Origin: an uncultured delta proteobacterium | GTDB lineage: Bacteria > Desulfobacterota > Desulfomonilia > UBA1062 | NCBI GenBank assembly: GCA_963752595.1 | Contig: CAVVYZ010000024.1 | Span: 1 to 64,000 of the forward strand | DNA: 64,000 bases | Reading direction: 5' to 3' | In this document: piece by piece, positions 1-7,942 of the stretch | Numbering within the stretch: position 1 is the first letter of the stretch | Layout: each line of letters begins with the position of its first letter | Translations under genes and position numbers: made by a program | The notes under the pieces: generated by a model | What the model saw: the letters and a program-made list of their open reading frames with translations, nothing else | What the model was told of the DNA's origin: nothing | Databases searched by the model: none

Positions 1-826
1 GATCCGTTCGGACTTTCCTTCGGAAACCGAGCAGTATCTTATCTACAAACGCCTTTTTGATGACATGAAGGGGCAAACGGTAACCATCCGCACCCTGGAT
101 GTAGGAGGCGAGAAGGTCCTTTCCTATCTGGATACGCCTCCCGAAACCAACCCCGAGCTCGGCTTGCGGTCGATCCGGTTTTCCCTGGACAACCGGGACA
201 TCTTCGAGACCCAGATCAGGGCCATCCTCCGGGCAGCCGACGGTGCAAAAAACGCCCGGATCATGTTCCCCATGATCTCTTCCCTCGATGAATTTCTCGA
301 GGCGCGGCGGATTATTCTCGATTGCATCGATGAACTCTCTCGCGAGAGCCTTCCTTTCAACCCGAAGCCGTCCATAGGGATGATGGTGGAACTGCCGTCG
401 CTCATCGATATCATGGACGATCTGGCTCAGGTATCGGATTTCTTTGCCATAGGGACAAACGACTTCATCCAGTACATGCTTGCAGTCGACCGCTCCAACC
501 AGCGCGTAACCAGATATTATGCCGCGCATCATCCGGCTGTCCTCAGAGCGCTCTCCCGGGTGGTGCATGCCGCGAAGAAAAAGGACAAGGATATCTCGGT
601 ATGCGGAGAAATGGCGCACGAAACCCTGCATCTCCCGTTTCTCCTGGGCATAGGTATCCGCCGGCTCAGCGTAGACCCGCAGTTTCTGCCCGCTCTCCAG
701 GAAAGCATCGCCCGCATCAGCATCCCGGATGCTGAAAAATACGCGAGAGCCCTGCTTGCCCAATCGAGCCTCAAAGACATCCAGGCTATCATGGAAGACG
801 AGAAGTGGGTGAAGCTTTTCAGGTGA
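1..826 (+). CDS. ptsP: Phosphoenolpyruvate-protein phosphotransferase (PTS enzyme I), C-terminal part; 5' end lies outside the window
   Basis: Frame is open from position 2 (IRSDFPSETEQY...). Motifs IRTLDVGGEK, NPELGLRSIR, MFPMIS, GTNDFIQY and VCGEMA (catalytic Cys). ptsI versus ptsP cannot be resolved without the N-terminus. Confidence 0.88.
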   Translation, partial: IRSDFPSETEQYLIYKRLFDDMKGQTVTIRTLDVGGEKVLSYLDTPPETNPELGLRSIRFSLDNRDIFETQIRAILRAADGAKNARIMFPMISSLDEFLEARRIILDCIDELSRESLPFNPKPSIGMMVELPSLIDIMDDLAQVSDFFAIGTNDFIQYMLAVDRSNQRVTRYYAAHHPAVLRALSRVVHAAKKKDKDISVCGEMAHETLHLPFLLGIGIRRLSVDPQFLPALQESIARISIPDAEKYARALLAQSSLKDIQAIMEDEKWVKLFR

Positions 827-926
827 AGTGAGATGCTTTCCTAAAAACAATGTTGAAGAGGAAGGTGCAGCCTGGCCGGGACTTCACTCCGAATTAAGAA
901 GGAACCTTTGATCTCCCGCAGAGGAA

Positions 927-1172
927 CTAATAAACCTTGCCCTCTCCCGGCTTCTCGATGCCGGTAATCCCGCTCAGATTCATTTCATCTTCAGTCCCTA
1001 TGGAGAATTCTTCATTGTATTCGCGTTCGCGGTTCACAAAATTTTCCCTGTACGCGATTTCTTTTGCCGCATGAATATAATCGAACGGTCCGGCGTATAT
1101 ACTTTTTTTATATTGTATAAGACCTTCAGGAGTAAGAACACTGGTTTTTTTTATAACGTACCATTTGCTCAT
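927..1172 (-). CDS. Hypothetical protein (~81 aa)
   Basis: AT-rich ORF; ATG at 1172 preceded by a GAGG RBS; no recognised domain. Confidence 0.5.
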   Translation of the reverse strand: MSKWYVIKKTSVLTPEGLIQYKKSIYAGPFDYIHAAKEIAYRENFVNREREYNEEFSIGTEDEMNLSGITGIEKPGEGKVY

Positions 1173-1477
1173 CAGTAATACCTCTTTTTGCACATTACGA
1201 TTTTCAGATAAATTTATTATATCAATGAATATTCATTACTCAAATTCACATAATCCAATGAGAAGGTTTCCTCGTATGGCCCGATAAACGGATGGATATT
1301 TTTTCAGATAATATTTAATTTAACAATTTAATCAAAGTATTATAAATCAGTACGTTCTCTCCATCATGCATCCCTCACCGGGACATGATCATCAAATATA
1401 GATACAGGTACAGTATTATCCTGGATGGGGATATTGTGCAGGATTGCACTTAAGACATAGTGCAAAGGAGACAGCCG

Positions 1478-1996
1478 ATGGAACCATACAAAGAGAATAG
1501 AGAGCAACCAAGAAACAAAGGCAGGATGCCTTCGGACATCGAATGTATTACCGGCAGGACAGGGGATCATTTTCATGCGACCATCTGGGACGTCAGCAGG
1601 GATGGCCTGTATATCGAGACAGAGTATGAACTTACAAAAGGGGAGGACATCAGCATCCATACGGAACAACATGAATCTGAAGGATTGACCGGCACAGTAA
1701 ATATCGACAACACTACCGGCATCGTCAGATGGTTACGGACTATGGAGCAAGGCGGCCACCGCCTGTATGGAGCCGGGGTGGTGTTTTCCTATCTGGATCT
1801 CCATGATGAGAGTTGCGAGGGGAAGCGGAGCATGAATGCTCCCTGCGACCTGTGCGGCGTTTCAGCGGGGGTGACACGTGCGATGCACCACCTGGGCCTC
1901 ATATGGCTGTGCCCGAAGTGTAACGAACAGATGAACCACCTGCCGGAGAAGCTGGATGAGATAATGGAAGAATTCCTCATCGGGAACGCCCTGTAG
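1478..1996 (+). CDS. PilZ-domain protein with C-terminal Cys4 zinc ribbon
   Basis: AAGGAG RBS before ATG 1478; PilZ motifs RxxxR (REQPR) and DxSxxG (DVSRDG); C-terminal CDLC...CPKC. Confidence 0.75.
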   Translation: MEPYKENREQPRNKGRMPSDIECITGRTGDHFHATIWDVSRDGLYIETEYELTKGEDISIHTEQHESEGLTGTVNIDNTTGIVRWLRTMEQGGHRLYGAGVVFSYLDLHDESCEGKRSMNAPCDLCGVSAGVTRAMHHLGLIWLCPKCNEQMNHLPEKLDEIMEEFLIGNAL

Positions 1997-2055
1997 GATG
2001 ACCGGTTGCCGTGAAGCGCGCAGGATAAGTTTTTTGACAGGAGCACTGTCTCTGT

Positions 2056-2074
2056 CAGGGGATTGTTTCCCCTG
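2056..2074. terminator. Hairpin between the convergent PilZ gene and rpsD
   Basis: CAGGGGA-ttgtt-TCCCCTG inverted repeat. Confidence 0.4.
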
Positions 2075-2080
2075 CAGGGG

Positions 2081-2683
2081 CTACCTTGAGTAGAACTCGA
2101 CGATCAACTGTTCGTTGATGTCTTTATCGATTTCCGAGCGTTCCGGCTCGCGTACAACCTGTCCGCCGTTGTCTTTGCGCTCGAGCCAGCCGGGCACTTG
2201 GAAAGGGGTTTGGGCTAGGGCCTGTACATCAGGCATGGCTAGAGCTTTCCGGTCAAATGTGATCCCCTGCCCGGGGTCTATGATACAGGAGGGAATATCT
2301 ACGGTTCTGCCGTCTACGAGTACATGCCCATGGCTGACGATCTGACGCGCCTGCGGGCGTGTACGCGTAAGGCCGAGCCGGTAAACGACGTTGTCCAGCC
2401 GCCGCTCCAGTAGTTTCAGCAAGGCTGTGCCTGTCTGCTCATGGGCCCGCTGGGCTTTCCTGAAAAGCTCCAGGAATTGCTTTTCCCGCAAACCGTACAT
2501 CCGCTTGACCTTCTGCTTTTCCCTTAAGTGCAGGGCATATTCACTCGGTTTGCGGCGCCTTTTACGCCCGTGCATGCCGGGAGGCTGATCGAGCTTTTCC
2601 TTCAAGCTTTCACCGCCGGTACCGAACAGATCGACGCCTTCTCTTCTGGAGAGTTTGTTTTTCGGCCCCCGATATCTTCCCAT
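2081..2683 (-). CDS. rpsD: 30S ribosomal protein S4 (stand-alone, no N-terminal Zn cysteines)
   Basis: [64 protein letters not shown]. Confidence 0.97.
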   Translation of the reverse strand: MGRYRGPKNKLSRREGVDLFGTGGESLKEKLDQPPGMHGRKRRRKPSEYALHLREKQKVKRMYGLREKQFLELFRKAQRAHEQTGTALLKLLERRLDNVVYRLGLTRTRPQARQIVSHGHVLVDGRTVDIPSCIIDPGQGITFDRKALAMPDVQALAQTPFQVPGWLERKDNGGQVVREPERSEIDKDINEQLIVEFYSR

Positions 2684-2725
2684 TGTTTCCTTCCTTATAA
2701 AGTAAAAATAGTACGCGGCAGCTTA

Positions 2726-2739
2726 TGTTCAACTGAACA
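2726..2739. promoter_or_regulatory. Palindrome upstream of rpsD (possible operator or hairpin)
   Basis: TGTTCA-ac-TGAACA, imperfectly extended by CTTA/TAAG, ~43 bp upstream of the rpsD start. Confidence 0.3.
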
Positions 2740-2778
2740 ATAAGGCCTTGAAAGGAATTTCGGGTCCTATCGACTTTC

Positions 2779-3348
2779 CTACTCGATGATCTTGAGGATT
2801 CTCGGTTCGTTCCGTGGCGGCTTCTCGGGGATGCTCCCTGGATATCCGAGGATTATCGTGGCGATGATCCTGTGGTCGTCCGGGATGCCGAGCTCGTCGA
2901 GCAGGTTCTGGTCCTTGATGGAAGAGCCGAGGTCGATCCAGCAGGTTCCCAGCCCCCTCTCAGCGGCTGAGAGCATGAGATAGGCCGCAGCCAGGCTGCA
3001 GTCCGAAACTGCGGAATGCATTTCTTTCGGCCCGGTTATGTAGATGAGGCACGGGGCGTTATAAAATACATTGAAATTTTCATCGCTCAGGATGGGCCGA
3101 TACATCCGCAAGATCGGAGATCTGATTGCCTTCATATCTTCCAGGAGGTTCTTTTTGCTCTCGTCCGAGAGGCGTCTGATCAACTTCCTGTCCGTTACCA
3201 CGGAAAAGGCCCAGGGCTGACGGTTACCCCCGCTGGGAGCCTCGCATGCATCGATGAGGATTTCCCTGATCAGGGAAAACGGAACGCTCCTGTCCTCGTA
3301 ATCCCTGATTGCACGTCTCTTTTTCATGAGCTCCTTGAAGTCGGCCAT
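2779..3348 (-). CDS. Nitroreductase family protein
   Basis: RRAIRDY, APSGGNRQPW, LSAAERGLGTCW, LGYP motifs; RBS AGGGAG before ATG 3348. Confidence 0.92.
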   Translation of the reverse strand: MADFKELMKKRRAIRDYEDRSVPFSLIREILIDACEAPSGGNRQPWAFSVVTDRKLIRRLSDESKKNLLEDMKAIRSPILRMYRPILSDENFNVFYNAPCLIYITGPKEMHSAVSDCSLAAAYLMLSAAERGLGTCWIDLGSSIKDQNLLDELGIPDDHRIIATIILGYPGSIPEKPPRNEPRILKIIE

Positions 3349-3678
3349 GGGGATCTCCCTCCTTTGGAATAAACGGACCGTGCTTCCCCGCATCCGGCTG
3401 AAGGTCGAACGATATGCAGGACAGCGATCCTCCTCATTACATCACGCTTCTGCATAACGTCTTGCCACGAAATGCAAAAGATTTCACCTGATTTTTCAGT
3501 GCTCCGGAATATGAAAGTATAATAACTATTCCATTCTATAATTGATTGGTTATAAAATAATTATCTTTCATTACTCTTGCATAAGAGTATAAAATATGTA
3601 ATCTTATGTATTGAATTTGCTAAAAATATAATATTAACTGAATTAAGTTGATTTAATGAAACGTATTTTCCCGAGGGG

Positions 3679-3753
3679 ATGTTCTCGCATCAAGTGATGC
3701 CCCTGAGAAAGAACGGAACTGTCTTCCCGGTTAAGTTGTGCACTTTACCTTAA
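3679..3753 (+). pseudogene. Out-of-frame PAC/PAS remnant upstream of the kinase
   Basis: Reads LRKNGTVFPVKL, the PAC motif (RKDGxxFPVEL), in a different frame from the kinase starting at 3792. Confidence 0.45.
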
Positions 3754-3791
3754 TGACAATGCCCGAAGTATAGTAGGCAGGAAAGAGGTAT

Positions 3792-6320
3792 ATGGCAGTT
3801 CACAACCTATCCGAACGAAAGGATCTCGAAAAGTTTCTTCTCCTCGCTGAAAAGAAGTTCTCCACCGCCTTCTACTTGAGCCCCGCTCCCATGGTTATCT
3901 CGGATCCGGAAACCGGGAGAATTGTGGATGTAAATAAGGCATTCGAGGCCGGTTCCGGCTACACAGGTAGTGAACTCATCGGGCATAATGGTTCCGAGTT
4001 CAGCTTCTGGAACAGCGCAGAGGAGAGAGATCGTTTCGTAAAAACCGTAACTGAAGAGGGAAAAGTTGAACATTACGAGATGAAGGTTCGAGCCAAATCA
4101 GGGGAACTCCGGGATGTCCTCTGCTCATCGGCGCTTATCAGGATCGACGGCAAGCCGCATATTCTCGCTCATATCCACGATACTACACTGCAGAAACGGA
4201 CTGAAGAAAAAAATAAAAGCTGCCATGATAACCTCGAGTCAACCATTAGATCGCGCGAAGAAGACTTCCATATGGCCGTTGAAAGGCATCATCATCTGGA
4301 AAAGGAAATGCAGATGCTGGCCCTGGTTATTCACAACACAAACGAAGGTGTCTGTGTAGCAGACCTGGACGGCCGGATTGTTTTTGTCAATAATGCCGGC
4401 ATCAGGATGGTCGGCATAGAGCACAAAGACACAGCCCGGCATTCTATTTATGATTTTATTACCGAATCTTATATGGACACCACACTATATGAGGTCGTGC
4501 CTGCCATCCTTGAAAAGGGCAGCTGGGAAGGAGATCTGCAGTATCGTAATCTCAGTACCGGCATGCTCATCGATGTGCATATCAAAGCATTTCTGATCAA
4601 GGACCCTCTCACGGACAAGCCGCTTTATCTGGCAAACCTCTCGTCCGACATCACTGAGCACAAGCGGGCTGAGAGAGAAATGTGCAGGCATCGTGATCAC
4701 CTGGAAGACCTTGTCAGGGAGCGGACAAGAGATCTTGAGGAGAGAAACATCTTATTGCAGGAAGAAATATCTGACCGTAAGAGGGCTGAGGAGGCACTGC
4801 GTGAATCGGAAGAAAAATACCGGCTGGTAGTGAACAATGCAAATGAGGCCATTGTAGTTATTCAGGATGGAGTATTCCGGTTTGTCAATGTCAAAGGGAT
4901 CACGGGTTATACTAAAGAAGAACTCATTTCAAAACCCTTCACAATGCTGCTCCATCCCGAAGACAGCGCTATGGTGCTGGAGAATCACAAGAGAAGGATA
5001 AAAGGCGAATCTCTCCCCAGCGTATATACATTCAGGATTATACATAAAGGAGGAAATACCATATGGCTGGAAATCAACTCGGTAATGATTTCCTGGAACG
5101 GCAGGCCTGCATCATTAAGCTTCCTTACTGACGTTAGCGACCGGATAAAGGCTGAGGATGAAAAGAAAAAGCTCGAGGATCAACTTATGCAAGTCCAGAA
5201 GATGGAAGCTCTGGGCAGGTTTGCCGGAGGGATCGCTCATGACTTGAACAACCTTCTATACCCTGTCATCCTCGATATCGAGATGCTCCTGGGAAATATA
5301 CAACCAGGAGACGGATCGCATGAGGTATTGAATCAGGTATTGAAAGCAACCTATCGGCAGAGGGACATGGTGAAGCAGATCCTTTCTTTCAGCAGAAGAG
5401 ACGTGCAGCAATTCGTCGCTGTACAGATCTCACCCCTTGTCCAAGAGACGCTCAGTTTTATGCGGGCATCCCTCCCGAGCACCATTGAGATACTCCAGCG
5501 GATCAATTGCCCGTCTGATTCGATCATGGGAGATCCGACGCAGATTCAGCAGGTCATCATGAACCTCTGCAGAAATGCTGCAGATGCTCTGAAATCACTT
5601 ATGGGCACAATAGAAGTGAGCCTTGAAAACACACACTTTGAGACAGACGCTGCACATCCGGAGATAGAAGAAGGGGAATACGTCCGGCTTATGGTGAAGG
5701 ATACGGGATGCGGAATGACAAAAGGTGTCATGGACATGATCTTCGAGCCGTTCTTTACCACCAAGGAAAAAGGAAAAGGTATCGGTATGGGGCTTTCTAT
5801 TGTCCATGGGATTCTCAAGAGTCATGGAGGCGCTATCACTGCTGAGAGCGAACCCGGGAAAGGATCCCTTTTTACCGTGTATCTTCCTCTTTATTACGGA
5901 AAAACCCCTGCTCGGTTTTCTTCTCCCGAAATCGTTTCTTCAACAGGAGGCAGGGAAAAGATACTTTTAATCGATGATGAAGAGATCATCCTTTCAAGCT
6001 TGCAGCGGGTTTTCAAAAAGTCAGGCTATCAGGTGGTTGCGGTACAGGAAAGCATGGAAGCTCTCCGCTTATTCACTCAGGTACCGAATGAATTCGATCT
6101 GGTCATAACCGACCTGACCATGCCGAAAATGACAGGTATCGAGCTTACCAGAAGGATCCTGGACATACGCCCGGACATCCCGGTGATCCTGTGTACCGGA
6201 TTCAATGATGCCATGAACGAACAGGAAGCTCATTCCCTCGGCATTCGCGAACTGCTCCTGAAACCCACGAACAGCCATGAGCTGATAAAAATAGTCCGCC
6301 GGGCATTAGATGGAGCATGA
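3792..6320 (+). CDS. Multi-PAS hybrid sensor histidine kinase/response regulator
   Basis: Three PAS/PAC units; H-box AGGIAHDLNN; N box NLCRNA; G boxes DTGCG, FEPFFTTK, GIGMGL; receiver LIDDE...DLVITD...LLKP. Confidence 0.95.
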   Translation: MAVHNLSERKDLEKFLLLAEKKFSTAFYLSPAPMVISDPETGRIVDVNKAFEAGSGYTGSELIGHNGSEFSFWNSAEERDRFVKTVTEEGKVEHYEMKVRAKSGELRDVLCSSALIRIDGKPHILAHIHDTTLQKRTEEKNKSCHDNLESTIRSREEDFHMAVERHHHLEKEMQMLALVIHNTNEGVCVADLDGRIVFVNNAGIRMVGIEHKDTARHSIYDFITESYMDTTLYEVVPAILEKGSWEGDLQYRNLSTGMLIDVHIKAFLIKDPLTDKPLYLANLSSDITEHKRAEREMCRHRDHLEDLVRERTRDLEERNILLQEEISDRKRAEEALRESEEKYRLVVNNANEAIVVIQDGVFRFVNVKGITGYTKEELISKPFTMLLHPEDSAMVLENHKRRIKGESLPSVYTFRIIHKGGNTIWLEINSVMISWNGRPASLSFLTDVSDRIKAEDEKKKLEDQLMQVQKMEALGRFAGGIAHDLNNLLYPVILDIEMLLGNIQPGDGSHEVLNQVLKATYRQRDMVKQILSFSRRDVQQFVAVQISPLVQETLSFMRASLPSTIEILQRINCPSDSIMGDPTQIQQVIMNLCRNAADALKSLMGTIEVSLENTHFETDAAHPEIEEGEYVRLMVKDTGCGMTKGVMDMIFEPFFTTKEKGKGIGMGLSIVHGILKSHGGAITAESEPGKGSLFTVYLPLYYGKTPARFSSPEIVSSTGGREKILLIDDEEIILSSLQRVFKKSGYQVVAVQESMEALRLFTQVPNEFDLVITDLTMPKMTGIELTRRILDIRPDIPVILCTGFNDAMNEQEAHSLGIRELLLKPTNSHELIKIVRRALDGA

Positions 6321-6375
6321 GGGATGAAATGCCTTTGATAAAGGACGATTACTTTTGCTTTCTCTTTGGAGCCGG

Positions 6376-6927
6376 TCACTGGTTGAGCTCGATGAACAAG
6401 TGACCGATTTCCCGGTAACCGCTTAGGGCTGCTTTGTATTCTTCCAGGGGCTTTGGCCGGTCTGCTACCAACTGAAGCACGCGGGAATATTTATGCCGCC
6501 CGACCTGCCATATGTGCAGATCACAGATCCTGGTATCGCCGTCCGATTCTATCACGTCATAGATTTCCTGAACGATCGGAGAATCTACTCTCCAGTCCAG
6601 CAGTATCAGAGCCGTATCCCGGATGAGACCGAAAAAACCGGATGCCGATGGCCGATGCACCGACAAATCCCATCACGGGATCGAGCCAGGACCAGCTGAA
6701 GAGTTTCCCTCCCGGCAGGACGATGATGGCGAACACGGAGGTCGCTGCATCGGCGACCACATGCAGGTACGCTGCGTGGGGGTCAAAGTCTTTTCGATGA
6801 ACGTGATGCCCATGGTCATCATGAGGGCTGTGATCAGAACAACGAGACGTGTGTTTCTCTCACCCCTGGGATTTCCGGAATCAGAAACATGGTCGTGTTT
6901 CCATTCAGAGAGATCTTCGGCGTGCAT
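6376..6927 (-). pseudogene. dmeF: CDF-family Co/Ni efflux transporter (DmeF-like) pseudogene with internal deletion and frameshifts
   Basis: Three fragments in different frames: MHAEDLSEWKHDH..GERNTRLVVLIT; AAYLHVVADAATSV...WLDPVMG; LIRDTALILLD...DLHIWQVG...HLFIELN. The central TM helices are missing. Confidence 0.8.
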
Positions 6928-7197
6928 TTTTTCTCTTTCTTATTAGCCGCTATACAAACATTGTCTTCACTGGCTCGATTATGCCGCAGAGGGCAAGTCT
7001 CAGGCAATAGCAAAAGGCTTGTGCACGATAAACGGGACCGATGGCATTGGGGGAAAAATAATACAGCCTGAGATACTGACAGTCACGTTTTACTCATAAC
7101 GCGTCTGAGTAGAGAAGATATCTTGATTTTCCGTATGGAGGAGAGGGGGAGCCAGGGAGTCCATGAGGACACGACGGAGTTTTTTTGATGCATCCAG

Positions 7198-7286
7198 CGG
7201 TTCGCTCAAAAGGCTGACCCCTGAAACTCGCTCCGCATACGCTCTGCTCAAACATCCGAGGTCAGGATGCCTTTTGTGCTTCACCG
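7198..7286. repeat. Long imperfect intergenic stem-loop (REP/MITE-like or structured RNA)
   Basis: Nested arms CGGT/ACCG, CAAAAGGC/GCCTTTTG and CTGACC/GGTCAG enclose AAACTCGCT...GCTCAAACA. Confidence 0.35.
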
Positions 7287-7469
7287 TAGCGAGAGAGTTT
7301 TGTCTGGAGCTGGAATGAAGCTCATGGCCCATTCCGGGTAGAAAATACTCAGAACGGGTCATCCACCGGATGATTGGATAAAACAGATTGATAATCTTAT
7401 ACTTGTCCTCCTAAAACCTGACACCATGGATGATGACAGGAAGATCTCATAAATAAACAGGAGGTTGCC

Positions 7470-7815
7470 ATGGGATGTGCAGTGAGGAACAGGGTTCTGC
7501 GGGACGAGACATGCATCAAGTCTCTCGGTCGTATAGCGGATAAACGCACCGTGCGTGAGGGGTTGAAGATCTGCCTGAAATGCGCACGGATCATGACAAG
7601 GATATTCAAGGCAACCGTGGGTGAACCGATGTGCATGAGGCGTGCAAAAGCCCTGGCGGCCCTGCTCTATTCCATGACTTTGTTCACCGGCAAGAACGAG
7701 CTCAATTTCAGGAGGAGAACCGCTGTGCCGGCCTGATTTCCTCTCATCAATCCTGCAGCGCCTCCATGCGGAGGGATACACACTGCTCTGGATACCACCG
7801 GGTATGCAGATGCGT
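7470..7815 (+). pseudogene. Chimeric remnant: glycyl radical enzyme N-terminus joined to an internal piece of a radical-SAM activase
   Basis: 7470-~7704 reads ICLKCARIMTRIFKATVGEPMCMRRAKAL...MTLFTGKNEL (PFL-family N-terminus). 7705-7815, in other frames, reads ISGGEPLCRPDFLSSILQRLHAEG then IHTALDTTGYA (PflA-like). A GGAGG RBS precedes ATG 7470. Confidence 0.75.
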
Positions 7816-7942
7816 TACCTGCGGTGGCCCGGCTTTGTCTATTTCGAGCATGCCTGATTGTGACGCACCTTTTATCTCCGGGGTGGGACGGCACGCGCCT
7901 TTTTTCAGTCAGCCCGGTATCTTCATCGGATGTAAAAGGCAT

